Assembly (NCBI GenBank): GCA_002269645.1 | Contig: NIVC01002006.1 | Span: forward strand, 149,759 to 213,758 | Origin: Macrostomum lignano | Taxonomy: Eukaryota | Direction of reading: 5' to 3' | Length of the DNA stretch: 64,000 bases | Shown: positions 1 through 11,849 of the stretch, piece after piece | Layout: every line of letters begins with the position of its first letter | How positions within the stretch are numbered: position 1 is the first letter of the stretch | Program-made: the position numbers and the translations under genes | Notes under the pieces: model-generated | What the model saw: the letters and a program-made list of their open reading frames with translations, nothing else | Told to the model about the DNA's origin: nothing | Database searches by the model: none

Positions 1-819
1 GACATACGTAAAACAAAGTACGTTAGTCACTTTGCTGTAATGCACAATTTTTTATTTTATTTTAAGTGTTAATAGCCTACTAACGCTATTACGCTGTACC
101 TTAAATATAAGACGCAGTTTAGGCCTAGTTTACAGCTGCTAACCAGTGCTACCTATGTTAATTTTAAACTTAATGAATTCAAGGAACATTAAATAACAAT
201 TAAAGTTCATCCGCACTTGCACTCTAGGACTTAGTGTTATATTCTAGTTTTTACATGTAATATTTCAAGTTGAAATGACAGTAATTTTTAGCATTAGAAA
301 AAATAGAAAAGTTAGGCCCCCCTCTTGAATAGCTCAAGGGCTTATGATGCATTTATGCTACTTATTTTTATATACACAAGACACTAGGGTTACATTCATA
401 TTATTGGCTTGGCTTAACAGTACTTTGGTAAAAAACCAATTGGCCAAAGTTATTTATATAAGATTTCAAGCATTAGTTTAACTAATGATTCCAGCACCTC
501 TTTTATAAATTAGCACAGTTTGTATATATATCAATTTTGGATAATGATTAAATTAATTATCATTTAGGCCTATTAATTAATTTTCAGTTATATCCAGTTT
601 ATCTTTTTATATCTAATTCTTATATCTAGTTATGCCACCCAACTGAGAATTAAAAGGCCATTGAGCTATTGGTTTGACTGATAGAGGTAGGATAATAAAA
701 GTGAATAAATATTGCCAGTTTCAAAGTCCTTGGAATTTAGGACTTAAGCAATACGTATTTGACCTTGGTTCCGCGCGGTAAAAACCATGTCCAATATTGC
801 ATTGATATGTGTTGCACAT

Positions 820-1200
820 TTCAATGCGGAATTCAATGCGGGATTTCCCGCACTAAACTTAACTTGAGTTCTTAAGCCTATTCAATGCGGAATTCAATGT
901 GGGATTTCTCGCACTAAACTCAACTTGAGTTCTTAAGCCTATTCAATGTGGAATTCAATGCAGGATTCAATATGGGATTTCCCGCACTAAACTCAACTTG
1001 AGTTCTTAAGCCTATTCAATGTGGGATTTAATATGGGATTTCCCGCACTAAACTCAACTTGAGTTCTTAAGCCTATTCAATGTGGAATTCAATGCAGGAT
1101 TCAATATGGGATTTCCCGCACTAAACTCAACTTAAGTTCTTAAGCCTATTCAATGCGGAATTCAATGCGGGATTCAATATGGGATTCAGTGCGGAATTCA
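820..1200 (+). repeat. Subterminal tandem repeat (~60-70 bp unit) of the composite element, left arm
   Basis: Repeated TTCAATG(C/T)GGAATTCAATGCGGGATTTCCCGCACTAAACTCAACTTGAGTTCTTAAGCCTA; inverted copies at 3870-4060. Confidence 0.9.
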
Positions 1201-1209
1201 ACGCTCAAG

Positions 1210-2400
1210 GCTCAAGTCTTCTTGAAGCGCTATTGGCGCAGGTGGAGACGGTATAGTGTGACACAGTGGTCGTCCTCGAAGACCTGAACGCAATTTTGCT
1301 TAGGTCTGAGCAGTCACTATTTGTGACACCACGCGAGAACAACAACACCGAAGCGCTAGAGGACTTCCTGGAGAGACATGACATAGTGTTGGCAGGTTTG
1401 CGAACTTGTAGGGCTGCAAGCGAAGGCGGAGGAATGCACGCGGCCGGGATGCGACACTGAGCCAGGCACAGCTCAATCACGTGCTTGTGCATCTTCGTGA
1501 GCGCCGCTGCACCATCAACTGCCGCATTATCACACTGCTGGCTCTGCAGTCCAACCATAGGCTTTTCGTCTGCAACCTGCGTCTACGCAATCCGCTTTAC
1601 TGTCCGCCGAAGCGGCCACCACAGAGCTTCTATCATGCACTCAAGGACACCCAGGGGCGTCGCCATTTCATCAGCGCCTTCGTCAGCGCTTTGCAACAAG
1701 TCCAGGCGCATTGAGTATATGCGGAGGTAAGTGCCGCAGTTAGAGCAACAACACAACAAGTTACACCCCAGAGTCAGCGGTGGGCTTCACAGGGTGCACC
1801 TCAGAGCGCGGGAGCGAAGGAAGGCCAGGCCACTGGCTTGGTCAGGGGCACCAGCATCGGCCAGCAGGCAGTCCGGGTACCGCCGCGTATGCGCCTGCCC
1901 ACGCCGGAGGGCCGCTGAAAGCGTTAGCCGCAGTGTCTCCTGCGCCGGCTCGGGGCAGTACATCTCGGCGCGGATAAGGTGGCCTGCCAGCTGGAGCCGA
2001 CAGCGTCGAAGCAGGTTGCTGGGGCGGGCAAGTCGGGCTCGGGCATACAGCGCCGCATTGGAGACGTGCTCGCCACCGCCAATCTCGGTCTTCTGGTGGT
2101 CAACACGCAGAAGACCTTCGTGCTCACCACGCCATCCAACATCCAAGCCGACATCTTCTGCCAAGGCGCCAATGGGCAGGCGGCGCTGCTGCCACGCTGT
2201 CAGCAGTTCGTGTACCTTGGTGGTCTGGTGCCCAATGCCTCCAACAACCTGAGGCGTCGCCGCAGACTCACCCGGGCGGCCTTCAACTCTGTGAGGACTG
2301 TCCTACACTCTGCGGCCCTGCCAGACTGCCAGCGCTCAGTGCAGTTAGAGCAAGCAGTCCCAATGATGCAATCGGCCCAACAAAGGTAGCTGGTCTGGCA
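1210..2400 (+). pseudogene. Degenerate non-LTR retrotransposon (RTE-like) endonuclease and reverse transcriptase C-terminal fragments
   Basis: VVVLEDLNA...NNNTEALEDFLERHD resembles the APE GDxNA region. GLLVVNTQKT...FVYLGG...RRRLTRAAF resembles the RT C-terminal GLxINxxKT...FxYLG...RIxxAxxAF pattern. The reading frame is broken by stops and frameshifts. Confidence 0.65.
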
Positions 2401-2984
2401 GGATAACCCTGCAATGCAAGCGAGGGCAAAGCTGGAGAGGCTCCGTCTCAGCAGGCGGCCAACCCGCGAGGCGGAGGCTCTGGCAGCTGTCTACCTGCAG
2501 CAGCAAAAGGCCGCTATTGATGATGCTATCCAGGCCGTCATCGACGCTGGACCCGACGCCAAAGGGCCTGGTCCGCCATCAACGCTCTGATGGGCGGAAG
2601 CGGCGCATCCCGCTACCTGGCTGGCGACAACTCCAGATGAGCGCAGAAATGGGCTGGTTGCTCGCAGCAGTAAGTACAGCATGCTTGTGAAATATGAGCC
2701 AGACTAGGCCTACGAGCTGCAGTCTGCGATGTTTCACACCAGCTCAACCTCTTTTAGAACAGGCATGGCTGGAGATTCAACCTCCATGCTGCCCTACTAG
2801 CCGACCCAGGGGTACACATCCTGCTAGGGCCACATGGACAGACTGGGTAATGGCGCCGGTCACCCTTCCGGAGCATTGGCCTTTGGCCTTAGTTGTTAAG
2901 GGTACAGATTTATCCCGGTGCACTTACCTGTGCGTAACCACCCTCTCCTCCCTCGTGCTCCCTCGTGGACTACTGCTCTAACTG

Positions 2985-3085
2985 TAAGTTTGAGCTGCTG
3001 GTGGTGGGCGACGTCAATGCCCCAACACTCACTGGGGCAGTAATACTTCCAACAGCACAGAGGCCGAGGAACTCCTTGCTTACCA
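2985..3085 (+). pseudogene. Second non-LTR APE-endonuclease fragment, truncated by the Harbinger end
   Basis: LLVVGDVNAQH followed, after a frameshift, by HWGSNTSNSTEAEELL matches the GDxNAxHxxWG motif. Confidence 0.5.
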
Positions 3086-3088
3086 CTG

Positions 3089-3867
3089 GGGCCCGTGCTA
3101 TAGAATCAGGAGTTAGGAGTTAGGAGCTAGGACTCAAGAGTACTCTTGACAAGGAGTGATTGAATTTTGTGTGCTATAGATTTCAGGAGTTGAGTTAGGA
3201 GCTATAGGAGTTCTTGCAAGGAGTGCAGCCTAGGAGTGGGGGTGTGTTCAAGGAGTGTTGCGCAATTGTTTAAGGATGATAGAGAATTGCCTGCTATATC
3301 ACAATCCTAACTTTACAGTCCTTAAGGATTGAATCTCAGGAGTGAGAATGCAAATTGCTCAAAAAATATCATTTGTGAGAGCCGTCGCTGCACGCATAGA
3401 GGTTCTCTTTGGTGCATTTAGTACAACCATAACTAAGAATGCGAAGATTGCTATGTGGCAAGACGTGATATTGGAATGCCATGAAAAGTTTGGCTTTGAC
3501 CCAACTCTGCAAGGAAAGGACTGGCAATATGTCCGTGACAAAGTATGGGGAAATATGAAGAGCAATGTGCTGGTAAGTCAAAGTCGCACTACATTATCTT
3601 CTACTTTTATATTGACGATTTTTGTTGGCATAATTAATGCCCCCCCCCTTTCCTGTGTGTAACTACATTGTACACTATCCCCTGCTTCAGCTCAAGCGGG
3701 ATAAGCTGAAGCAAACTGGAGCTGAGGGCACCATTGCTGGCAAGTGGACTGAGCTCAAAGCCTGCATCTTAGACATTCTTGGGCATGATTCACCATCTGT
3801 GGAAGGACTGGCTATGCTGGAGAGTGTTGCTCAACAACAAAGCATGCAGGAGCAGCAGCAAAAATAG
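3089..3867 (+). mobile_element. Harbinger/PIF transposon end with a spliced Myb/SANT-like ORF (3348-3572, 3691-3867)
   Basis: TIR GGGCCCGTGCTATAGA follows CTG. 3089-3400 is a near-identical inverted match to 47940-48251. ORF MQIAQKISFVRAVAARIEVLFGAFSTTITKNAKIAMWQDV...W..VRDKVWGNMK is Myb/SANT-like, with a phase-0 GTAAGT...TTCAG intron. Confidence 0.8.
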
Positions 3868-3869
3868 CT

Positions 3870-4060
3870 GAGTTTAGTGCGGGAAATCCTGCATTGAATT
3901 CCGCATTGAATAGGCTTAAGAACTCAAGTTAAGTTTAGTGCGGGAAATCCCACATTGAATCCCGCATTGAATTCCGCATTGAATAAGCTTAAGAACTCAA
4001 GTTGAATTTAGTGCGGGAAATCCTGCATTGAATTCCGCATTGAATAGGCTTAAGAATATT
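3870..4060 (-). repeat. Subterminal tandem repeat of the composite element, right arm (inverted)
   Basis: AGTTTAGTGCGGGAAATCC...GCATTGAATAGGCTTAAGAACTCAAG is the reverse complement of the 820-1200 unit. Confidence 0.9.
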
Positions 4061-6047
4061 AATTATCAATAAAGAAATGAAAATATATTTGGTTAAGTTT
4101 GTTTAGAATATATTCATTAATGCTCGATTATTTTTTGCAGAAAATTCCACATTGAATCCCGCATTGAATTCCGCATTGAAATGTGCAACACATATCAACG
4201 CGGTATTTGACGCAATTTTTATCGCACGGAACCAAAGTTGCATACGTTAAGCAATAGAGATTTTCAATGCCATGCCCAAGGTGTTTTCAATTTCAAAGGG
4301 GAGCTCTTAATATAGGTCAGATGGGATTAAGGTCATTAGATTGGATTAGGATCCTATCTAACCTCTAGCTCTTAGACTTAAATCCTTATATAGATTTAGG
4401 GACTTAAGCAATAAATAGTTTCAATGCCAAATGCAAGATATGGCTAGGTGATAGGGATTAATGTTAAGATAAATGTTTTCACTTTCAATATAAGGGAAGG
4501 TCTTAAGTCCCTGGGGTCAGGATATTAAAGGCTTAAGTTAAGAGAATTGAAGCCAATGGGGAAACCACCTAGCATTTGCCACTATCAAAGAAGGCTAGAT
4601 TGCAAAGGAGACTTCTTGGAAACCAACTGATAAGCAAGCCACTACTCTCATAGATTTTGGTAAGAATTAGAGATTTTGTTACTTTAATTATAAAGTTACA
4701 GTAGTTATTACTTTTGTTACTTAAATATTATAAGAATAGATATGAGAAAAAGGGGAGAAGAAAAGAGAATAGAGAGAAAAATGGAAAAGAAAAGAGGGGT
4801 GAGGAGAAAGTGAAGATAAAAAGGGCAAAGAAGAGAGACAAAAAAAGAAAGAAAACAGTCAGAAGGCAATCAAATTGTTATGCATTGAGTACCACAGATG
4901 CATTATACAAAACACTATTTATAGCTATATTCCTCATTCCTGTAGCTATAATAGCTAATAGTGAGAGGTGGCATACTGCAACTACACAAGAAAGTTTAAA
5001 AATGGTTATAGATAGTTTATTAGCTATATATTTTAATATAGATAGGCTATAGGAAAATAAAATATTGTTATAGATCGTCATAAAGTCGTCATAGTCATCT
5101 ATCGTCATAGATTCATAGAAGTCCAATCTAATTAAAAACATAATTTTATACCAATGTAAAAAGCTGGAATCTAAAAAAAACTTATCAGGGCTTAGAACTA
5201 TATATTTAGGCTCCTGGTATAATGAATCAAAGGCAGCTTAAAAAATTGCCATACATTTGATGTATATGGGGTCTTTTGCCTAAAATGCATTCTAGCATGC
5301 ATATGCCACCTTGACTATTGCATTCTATCTTGCATTAGGTAAAGACAATTTTGATAGTAAAAGCCCTACTACTTCCTAGAATTCATAGTCAGAAACATTC
5401 ATCCAAAGTTCCAAACCAAGAAACATGATAGACTATTGCAATTTGTCTGTTTATATGCTTTATAAAACTGTTCTATGCTTGCAGTCAAGATCTTTAAATG
5501 GAAGCTTTAATAAATAAAAAAAGTTAGTTATGTTTTTACTTTTCTGTGAAATGCATTTAGTTTTTACTAGCACATTGAGGCTTTGAGCTCCCCATTGTGG
5601 GCATTCAAATGCAAAATTCAAATAGATTGCCCATTGAAAGCATTAAAATGTCATTTTTTATATTTGAACCATTTCCAATTCAAATTTTTCAATGAAAGAA
5701 GTTTGCATGACTGCCCCAAAGAATTGATTTTTTTTAAAGCTAATTTGAAATAAAAATTGACCAGATAGTTCTCAAAAAATCAATTACAGAAAGACAGTGC
5801 AAAATCTATGTAGGAAATTTAATTTGAAAAGCAGATATATACTTAAAATAATATAAGTTTAATTAAATTGAAAGATTGTTTGCTCAGTGGAGTTGGCAGA
5901 ATGGAAAGTAATGCAATAATGACAGTTGTTTGACAATGTCGCTTAAAGTGGGCCAGGTTGCTCTCAGCCCCCTGTCTCTAATACAAACATGATCTTACTG
6001 TCACACAATAACCATTGTTTACAAAACTGGTTCTTCAGACAGCTGAC

Positions 6048-9000
6048 ATGCTTGTGCACACTTGGCACAAATCTGGCTCAAGCCTCTGCTCCCTGCCTGC
6101 AGCATTGCTGCTATTGGCACTGGCTATTGCGCAACCAGCACTGCCCATTGTTGCTGCCGCTGCCAAGACTCCAGTGATTCTCATCCCAGGCGATGGCGGC
6201 AGCCAGGTTGAGGCCAGACTCGACGGCAAGCCCTGGGTGCCACACTACTGGTGCTCCAAGACTACCAAGGATTATTTTCCCATCTGGCTGAACCTCGAGC
6301 TGCTCACTTATTTCACTATCGACTGTTTTGTTGACAACTTCCGATTGCATTTTGACAATGTGACCAACATCAGCCACAATGCGCCTAACGTGAGCATCCG
6401 GGTGCCAAACTATGGCGACACAGCCGCAGTGGAGTACTTCGATGTGTCCAGGATCTCCGCTAGCGCTTATTTCAGTGGCCTGGTGGCCGCTCTGACCAAG
6501 CAGGTGGGATTTTTTCACTTAATTATGCCGCTATGCCACAATCCCAATCGCATCTATTTTTGTCTGGCTTGTGAGTACAAGTTGCCCCGGACCATAGGCG
6601 TAGGAAGTTAGTAACGGGGAGGACAGTGGGGCCATGCTCCCCCCCCCACTTTTTGAGTGTCTGCGGCGCCAAAATGAGTGTTTGCGGCGCTAAAATGAGT
6701 GACTGCGGCGCTAGAATGAGTGCCTGCAGCGCTATAATGAGTGCCTGCGGCGCCAAAATGAGTAGAATGAGCGGAATTGCCTCAGCGCTGGCTGTGTGAC
6801 GATATCGCCAAAGGCGTTGCAACAGGGTGCCTGCAGCCCTACTGCGAGTATCTATATCTAACAAGATAATGACAGGCGCTAGTGTTGCCTGTAACAGATA
6901 ATAAATAACAATTGATTACACCTGCCAGATGTGCAGCAGACAGCTCAGCCGCAGCTATTGTGCTGTGCATCTGAAGGCTGCGTACGGCTGTTCAGTCCAA
7001 TGACTGGGGGGGGGGGGGTCGCCTTTACTAAGGGGGGACCCCTTTTACAGCTGGGGGAACTGAAGAAATTCAGATTTATGTGTCTTGCTCAAGGACACAA
7101 ATTGTTCCGAGTGGGATGGGGAATCGAACCCCCGACCTTCAAGTCGTGACTCCGACGCTCTGACCACTAGGCTGCAACCCTCTGTTCCTCTGCTCGCGGC
7201 CTCCCAAGCACTAACAGAGTCGCGCACGATCTCTCGCCATTCGCAGCTGGGCTACACGAGAAACGTGTCAGTCCGAGGCGTCCCGTTCGACTTTCGCCGT
7301 TCGCCCCCGGATTTGGACGTGGAAAATTTCGACTCGAACTTGCTGCAGCTGATCGAGTCCACCTGCCGGGACAACGGCAACAGGCCCGCACTGCTGGTGG
7401 CCCACAGCTACGGCAACATTATGGCTCTGCGCTTTCTGCAGCGCCAATCGGCCGATTGGAAACGGCGCCATATTCGCGCGCTTCTGGCCGTGGGGGCGCC
7501 GCTGGGTGGCGCGGTGAAAACTGTGCGAGTGGTGTCCAGCGGCGATTCGCTCAACATTCCATTTGAAAAGCCGCTCACGGTGAGTCTTGGTTGATTACGG
7601 TTTACTAGTGAGGCGCACCAGCTGTTGAACTAATAATGTGCTGATGGCTTACATTTATGCGTTTGTATCTGGTCTGAAGTACTTGTCTAAGGCGATTAGG
7701 TACCTGTCTGTGTCTATGAGGTACCTGTCTGTGGCTATGAGGTACCTGTGGCTATGAGGTACCTGTCTATATCTATGAGGTACCTGTCTGTGGCTATGAG
7801 GTACCTGTCTGTAGCTATGAGGTACCTGTCTGTAGCTATGAGGTACCTGTCTGTGGCTATGAGGTACCTGTCTGTAGCTATGAGGTACCTGTCTGTAGCT
7901 ATGAGGTACCTGTCTGTGACTATGAGGTACCTGTCTGTAGCTATGAGGTACCTGTCTGTCCATGAGGTACCTGTCTGTGGCTATGAGGTACCTGTCTGTA
8001 GCTTTGAGGTACCTGTCTGTGGCAATGAGGTACCTGTCTGTGACTATGAGGTACCTGTCTGTGACTATGAGGTACCTGTCTGTGTCTATGAGGTACCTGT
8101 CTGTAGCTATGATGTACCTGTCTGTAGCTTTGAGGTACCTGTCTGTGGCAATGAGGTACCTGTCTGTAGCTATGAGGTACCTGTCTGTAGCTATAAGGTA
8201 CCTGTCTGTAGCTATGAGGTACCTGTCTGTAGCTATGAGGTACCTGTCTGTGTCCATGAGGTACCTGTCTGTAGCTATGAGGTACCTGTCTGTAGCTATG
8301 AGGTACCTGTCTATGTCCATGAGCTACCTGTCTGTGGCTATGAGGTACCTGTCTGTAGCTATGAGGTACCTGTCTGTGGCTATGAGGTACCTGTCTGTAG
8401 CTATGAGGTACCTGTCTGTAGCTATGAGGTACCTGTCTGTGACTATGAGGTACCTGTCTGTCCATGAGGTACCTGTCTGTGGCTATGAGGTACCTGTCTG
8501 TAGCTTTGAGGTACCTGTCTGTGTCCATGAGGTACCTGTCTGTAGCTATGAGGTACCTGTCTGTAGCTATGAGGTACCTGTCTATGTCCATGAGCTACCT
8601 GTCTGTGGCTATGAGGTACCTGTCTGTAGCTATGAGGTACCTGTCTGTGGCTATGAGGTACCTGTCTGTAGCTATGAGGTACCTGTCTGTAGCTATGAGG
8701 TACCTGTCTGTGACTATGAGGTACCTGTCTGTCCATGAGCTACCTGTCTGTGGCTATGAGGTACCTGTCTGTAGCTTTGAGGTACCTGTCTGTGGCAATG
8801 AGGTACCTGTCTGTGACTATGAGGTACCTGTCTGTGTCTATGAGGTACCTGTCTGTAGCTATGATGTACCTGTCTGTAGCTTTGAGGTACCTGTCTGTGG
8901 CAATGAGGTACCTGTCTGTAGCTATGAGGTACCTGTCTGTAGCTATGAGGTACCTGTCTGTAGCTATGAGGTACCTGTCTGTAGCTATGAGGTACCTGTC

Positions 9001-11209
9001 TGTGTCCATGAGGTACCTGTCTGTAGCTATGAGGTACCTGTCTGTAGCTAAGAGGTACCTGTCTGTGTCCATGAGGTACCTGTCTGTAGCTATGAGGTAC
9101 CTGTCTGTGACTATGAGGTACCTGTCTATGTCCATGAGCTACCTGTCTGTGACTATGAGGTACCTGTCTGTAGCTATGATGTACCTGTCTGTGGCTATGA
9201 GGTACCTGTCTGTAGCTATGAGGTACCTGTCTGTAGCTATGAGGTACCTGTCTGTAGCTATGAGGTACCTGTCTGTGTCCATGAGGTACCTGTCTGTAGC
9301 TATGAGGTACCTGTCTGTGGCTATGAGGTACCTGTCTGTGGCTATGATGTACCTGTCTGTGGCTATGAGGTACCTGTCTGTGACTATGAGGTACCTGTCT
9401 GTAGCTATGAGGTACCTGTCTGTGTCCATGAGGTACCTGTCTGTGGCTATGAGGTACCTGTCTGTAGCTTTGAGGTATCTGTCTGTGGCAATGAGGTACC
9501 TGTCTGTAGCTATGAGGTACCTGTCTGTAGCTATGAGGTACCTGTCTGTGGCTATGAGGTACCTGTCTGTGGCTATGAGGTACCTGTCTGTAGCTATGAG
9601 GTACCTGTCTGTAGCTATGAGGTACCTGTCTGTCTATGAGGTACCTGTCTGTGGCTATGAGGTACCTGTCTGTGGCTATGAGGTACCTGTCTGTGGCTAT
9701 GAGGTACCTGTCTGTAGCTATGAGGTACCTGTCTGTAGCTACGAGGTACCTGTCTGTGTCTATGAGGTACCTGTCTGTAGCTATGAGATACCTGTCTGTG
9801 GCTATGAGTTACCTGTCTGTAGCTATGAGGTACCTGTCTGTGTCTATGAGGTACCTGTCTGTGGCTATGAGGTACCTGTCTGTGGCTATGATGTACCTGT
9901 CTGTAGCTATGATGTACCTGTCTGTGGCTATGAGGTACCTGTCTGTGTCTATGAGGTACCTGTCTGTAGCTATGATGTACCTGTCTGTAGCTATGAGGTA
10001 CCTGTCTGTGTCTATGAGGTACCTGTCTGTGGCTATGATGTACCTGTCTGTAGCTATGATGTACCTGTCTGTGGCTATGAGGTACCTGTCTGTGTCTATG
10101 AGGTACCTGTCTGTAGCTATGATGTACCTGTCTGTAGCTATGATGTACTTGTCTGTGAGCATAAGATGCCAACCATTGCCATGAGTCATAGTTAGTCACC
10201 AGTCTATGACAGATTCCCGATTCCCACGCGGTACCACCGCACCCCGCCTGTAAATCTGCGCAGATCCGGCCGCTGCAGCGCTCCTTCACCTCGTCGGCAT
10301 TCCTGATGCCGCAGGCGCCCCTTTGGCCGCCTGGCGAGCCCTTTGCCAGCCGGCCGGGCCGCAACTACAGCTCCTCGAACTATGCGGAATTCTTTGCTGA
10401 CATCGGCTTTCCCGAGGGCCTGGCCATGCGGCTGGCGTCTCTGACCGACTTTGACGCGACGAAACCGCCCGGCGTTGAGGTTCACTGCGTCCACGGCGAC
10501 GGGCTGCCGACCCCGGGCCGGTTCGTGTGGACCAGCGACGAGCCCGGGTGGGCCGATAGCCAGCCGGGCATTGTCAATGACAACGGTGACGGCACGGTCA
10601 ACGAGCGAAGCCTGCAGGCCTGCGTCAAGTTCTGGTCGGGTGTTCAGAAGCAGCCGGTGAGAGCTGAGGGATCGGAATGATCAACCTACCTGCCTACCCA
10701 GATGCTTGAGTAGCCTCCAGCCTATCTACCCAGATGCTTGAGTAGTCTCCACCCTATCTACCCAGATGCTTGAGTAGCCTCCACCCTATCTACCCAGATG
10801 CTTGAGTAGCCTCCACCCTATCTACCCAGATGCTTGAGTAGCCTCCAGCCTATCTACCCAGATGCTTGAGTAGCCTCCACCTTATCTACCCAGATGCTTG
10901 AGTAGCCTGCAGCCTATCTACCCAGATGCTTGAGTAGCCTCCACCTTATCTACCCAGATGCTTGAGTAGCCTGCACCTACCCATTTGCTTGGTCACGTCA
11001 TTTCCTCTTCAACGTGTCACCCGCAGGTTCGCAGCTTTGTAATTGACGGCGCCGAGCACGTAAAGATTCTGCGCCACGCCGCCTTCATCAACTATACCCT
11101 GACCCTATTGAGCACCTTTGACGCTGAGCAGCCACAGCCTCAGCCGCTGTTTTACTCGTCAAAGGCAAAGACCCTGCCGGATGAAAATGCCGAAGACCGC
11201 TGGTTGTAG
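6048..11209 (+). CDS. PLA2G15: Lysosomal phospholipase A2 / LCAT-family acyltransferase; exons 6048-6503, 7247-7579, 10264-10656, 11027-11209
   Basis: Signal-peptide-like N-terminus; PVILIPGDGGSQ, HYWCSK and WLNLELL motifs; lipase nucleophile AHSYG; catalytic Asp in DGDGTV; His in AEHVKIL. All introns are GT-AG and phase 0. The start ATG (6048) is inferred. Confidence 0.9.
6645..6770 (-). repeat. 21-bp repeat shared with the interior of the hAT MITE at 60350-60606
   Basis: TGAGTGCCTGCGGCGCCAAAA units are the reverse complement of TTTTGGCGCCGCAGGCACTCA at 60423-60530. Confidence 0.75.
7040..7176 (-). mobile_element. tRNA-derived SINE in lipase intron 1
   Basis: The minus strand reads GCAGCCTAGTGGTCAGAGCG (A box) ... 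GGTTCGATTCC (B box, 7120-7130), then TGTGTCCTTGAGCAAGACAC, a motif seen in conserved SINE central domains. There is no complete cloverleaf. Confidence 0.75.
7700..10155 (+). repeat. 21-bp minisatellite filling lipase intron 2 (>100 units)
   Basis: Unit GAGGTACCTGTCTGTAGCTAT with variant units. Confidence 0.97.
10685..10980 (+). repeat. 32-bp minisatellite in lipase intron 3
   Basis: Unit ACCCAGATGCTTGAGTAGCCTCCA(G/C)CCTATCT, about 9 copies. Confidence 0.95.
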
Positions 11210-11849
11210 ATATACGCTGTTCTACTTTTGCTACCAATTAGTAGTATGCACTGCACATCGCCGCGAGTTTAGATCTTCAAGACTCCGCTAAATATTGGTG
11301 TATAATAAACAGCTTCACATGAAAATGCGCTGCACAGTGCTTGATTGACTATTTCGCTGCCTCTGGCTTATGCAGTGACCCGTTTTTCTCATTTGCTGTG
11401 ACTGTTACATTTATTCAGACTGGGGTCCTGGCCTTCAATAGTGTACCCTACTATTTTATCGTCTGGCACGTACGTACTTTACACATTATGTACATATTAT
11501 TGTACATAACGGAATTCCACTTCGTTAAGTTTACTCGCACATCATGAGTATATGTACTGTATTGTATGTAACGCGAACTGTTATTCTGCAGTGTGCATAA
11601 ATGACTGGCCTTGGTGGTCTGCTTTGCTTTGTACTGTAATAAAAATAATGAATAAAAATAAGCACTGCTGTCTTTTACCTCGCGACCATTTTTAAACCTA
11701 AAAATTAATAAATAAATTGTTAATAAATTAACAAACTCGCAAGCCATTGTTAAAATTTATCTTTTTTATTTTACTACTAATAGTAGCTTTAGTTTTCTAT
11801 TTACGCGTAAGAAAATGCGCTGGCAATATGAGCGACCCGGCCAGTTCAG

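Larger units (their letters stand above)
754..4246. mobile_element. Composite foldback/Pack-like DNA transposon with long imperfect TIRs, subterminal satellite and captured cargo
   Basis: The left end CGTATTTGACCTTGGTTCCGCGCGG...GATATGTGTTGCACATTTCAATGCGGAATTCAATGCGGGATT aligns ungapped to the reverse complement of 4151-4246. TTAAGCAATA is a perfect direct repeat at 744-753 and 4247-4256 (alternatively an 8-bp TAAGCAAT TSD if the TIR starts one base earlier). Confidence 0.85.

Noticed and set aside
7105-7176. tRNA gene
   Set aside because: A and B boxes are present but there is no acceptor-stem pairing or terminator, and it is followed by SINE body sequence.
7655-10364. Long ORFs (up to 486 aa) such as (MRYLSVA)n, (YEVPVCS)n and (DRYLIAT)n
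   Set aside because: These are translations of a 21-bp minisatellite inside a GT-AG intron whose flanking exons join in frame.
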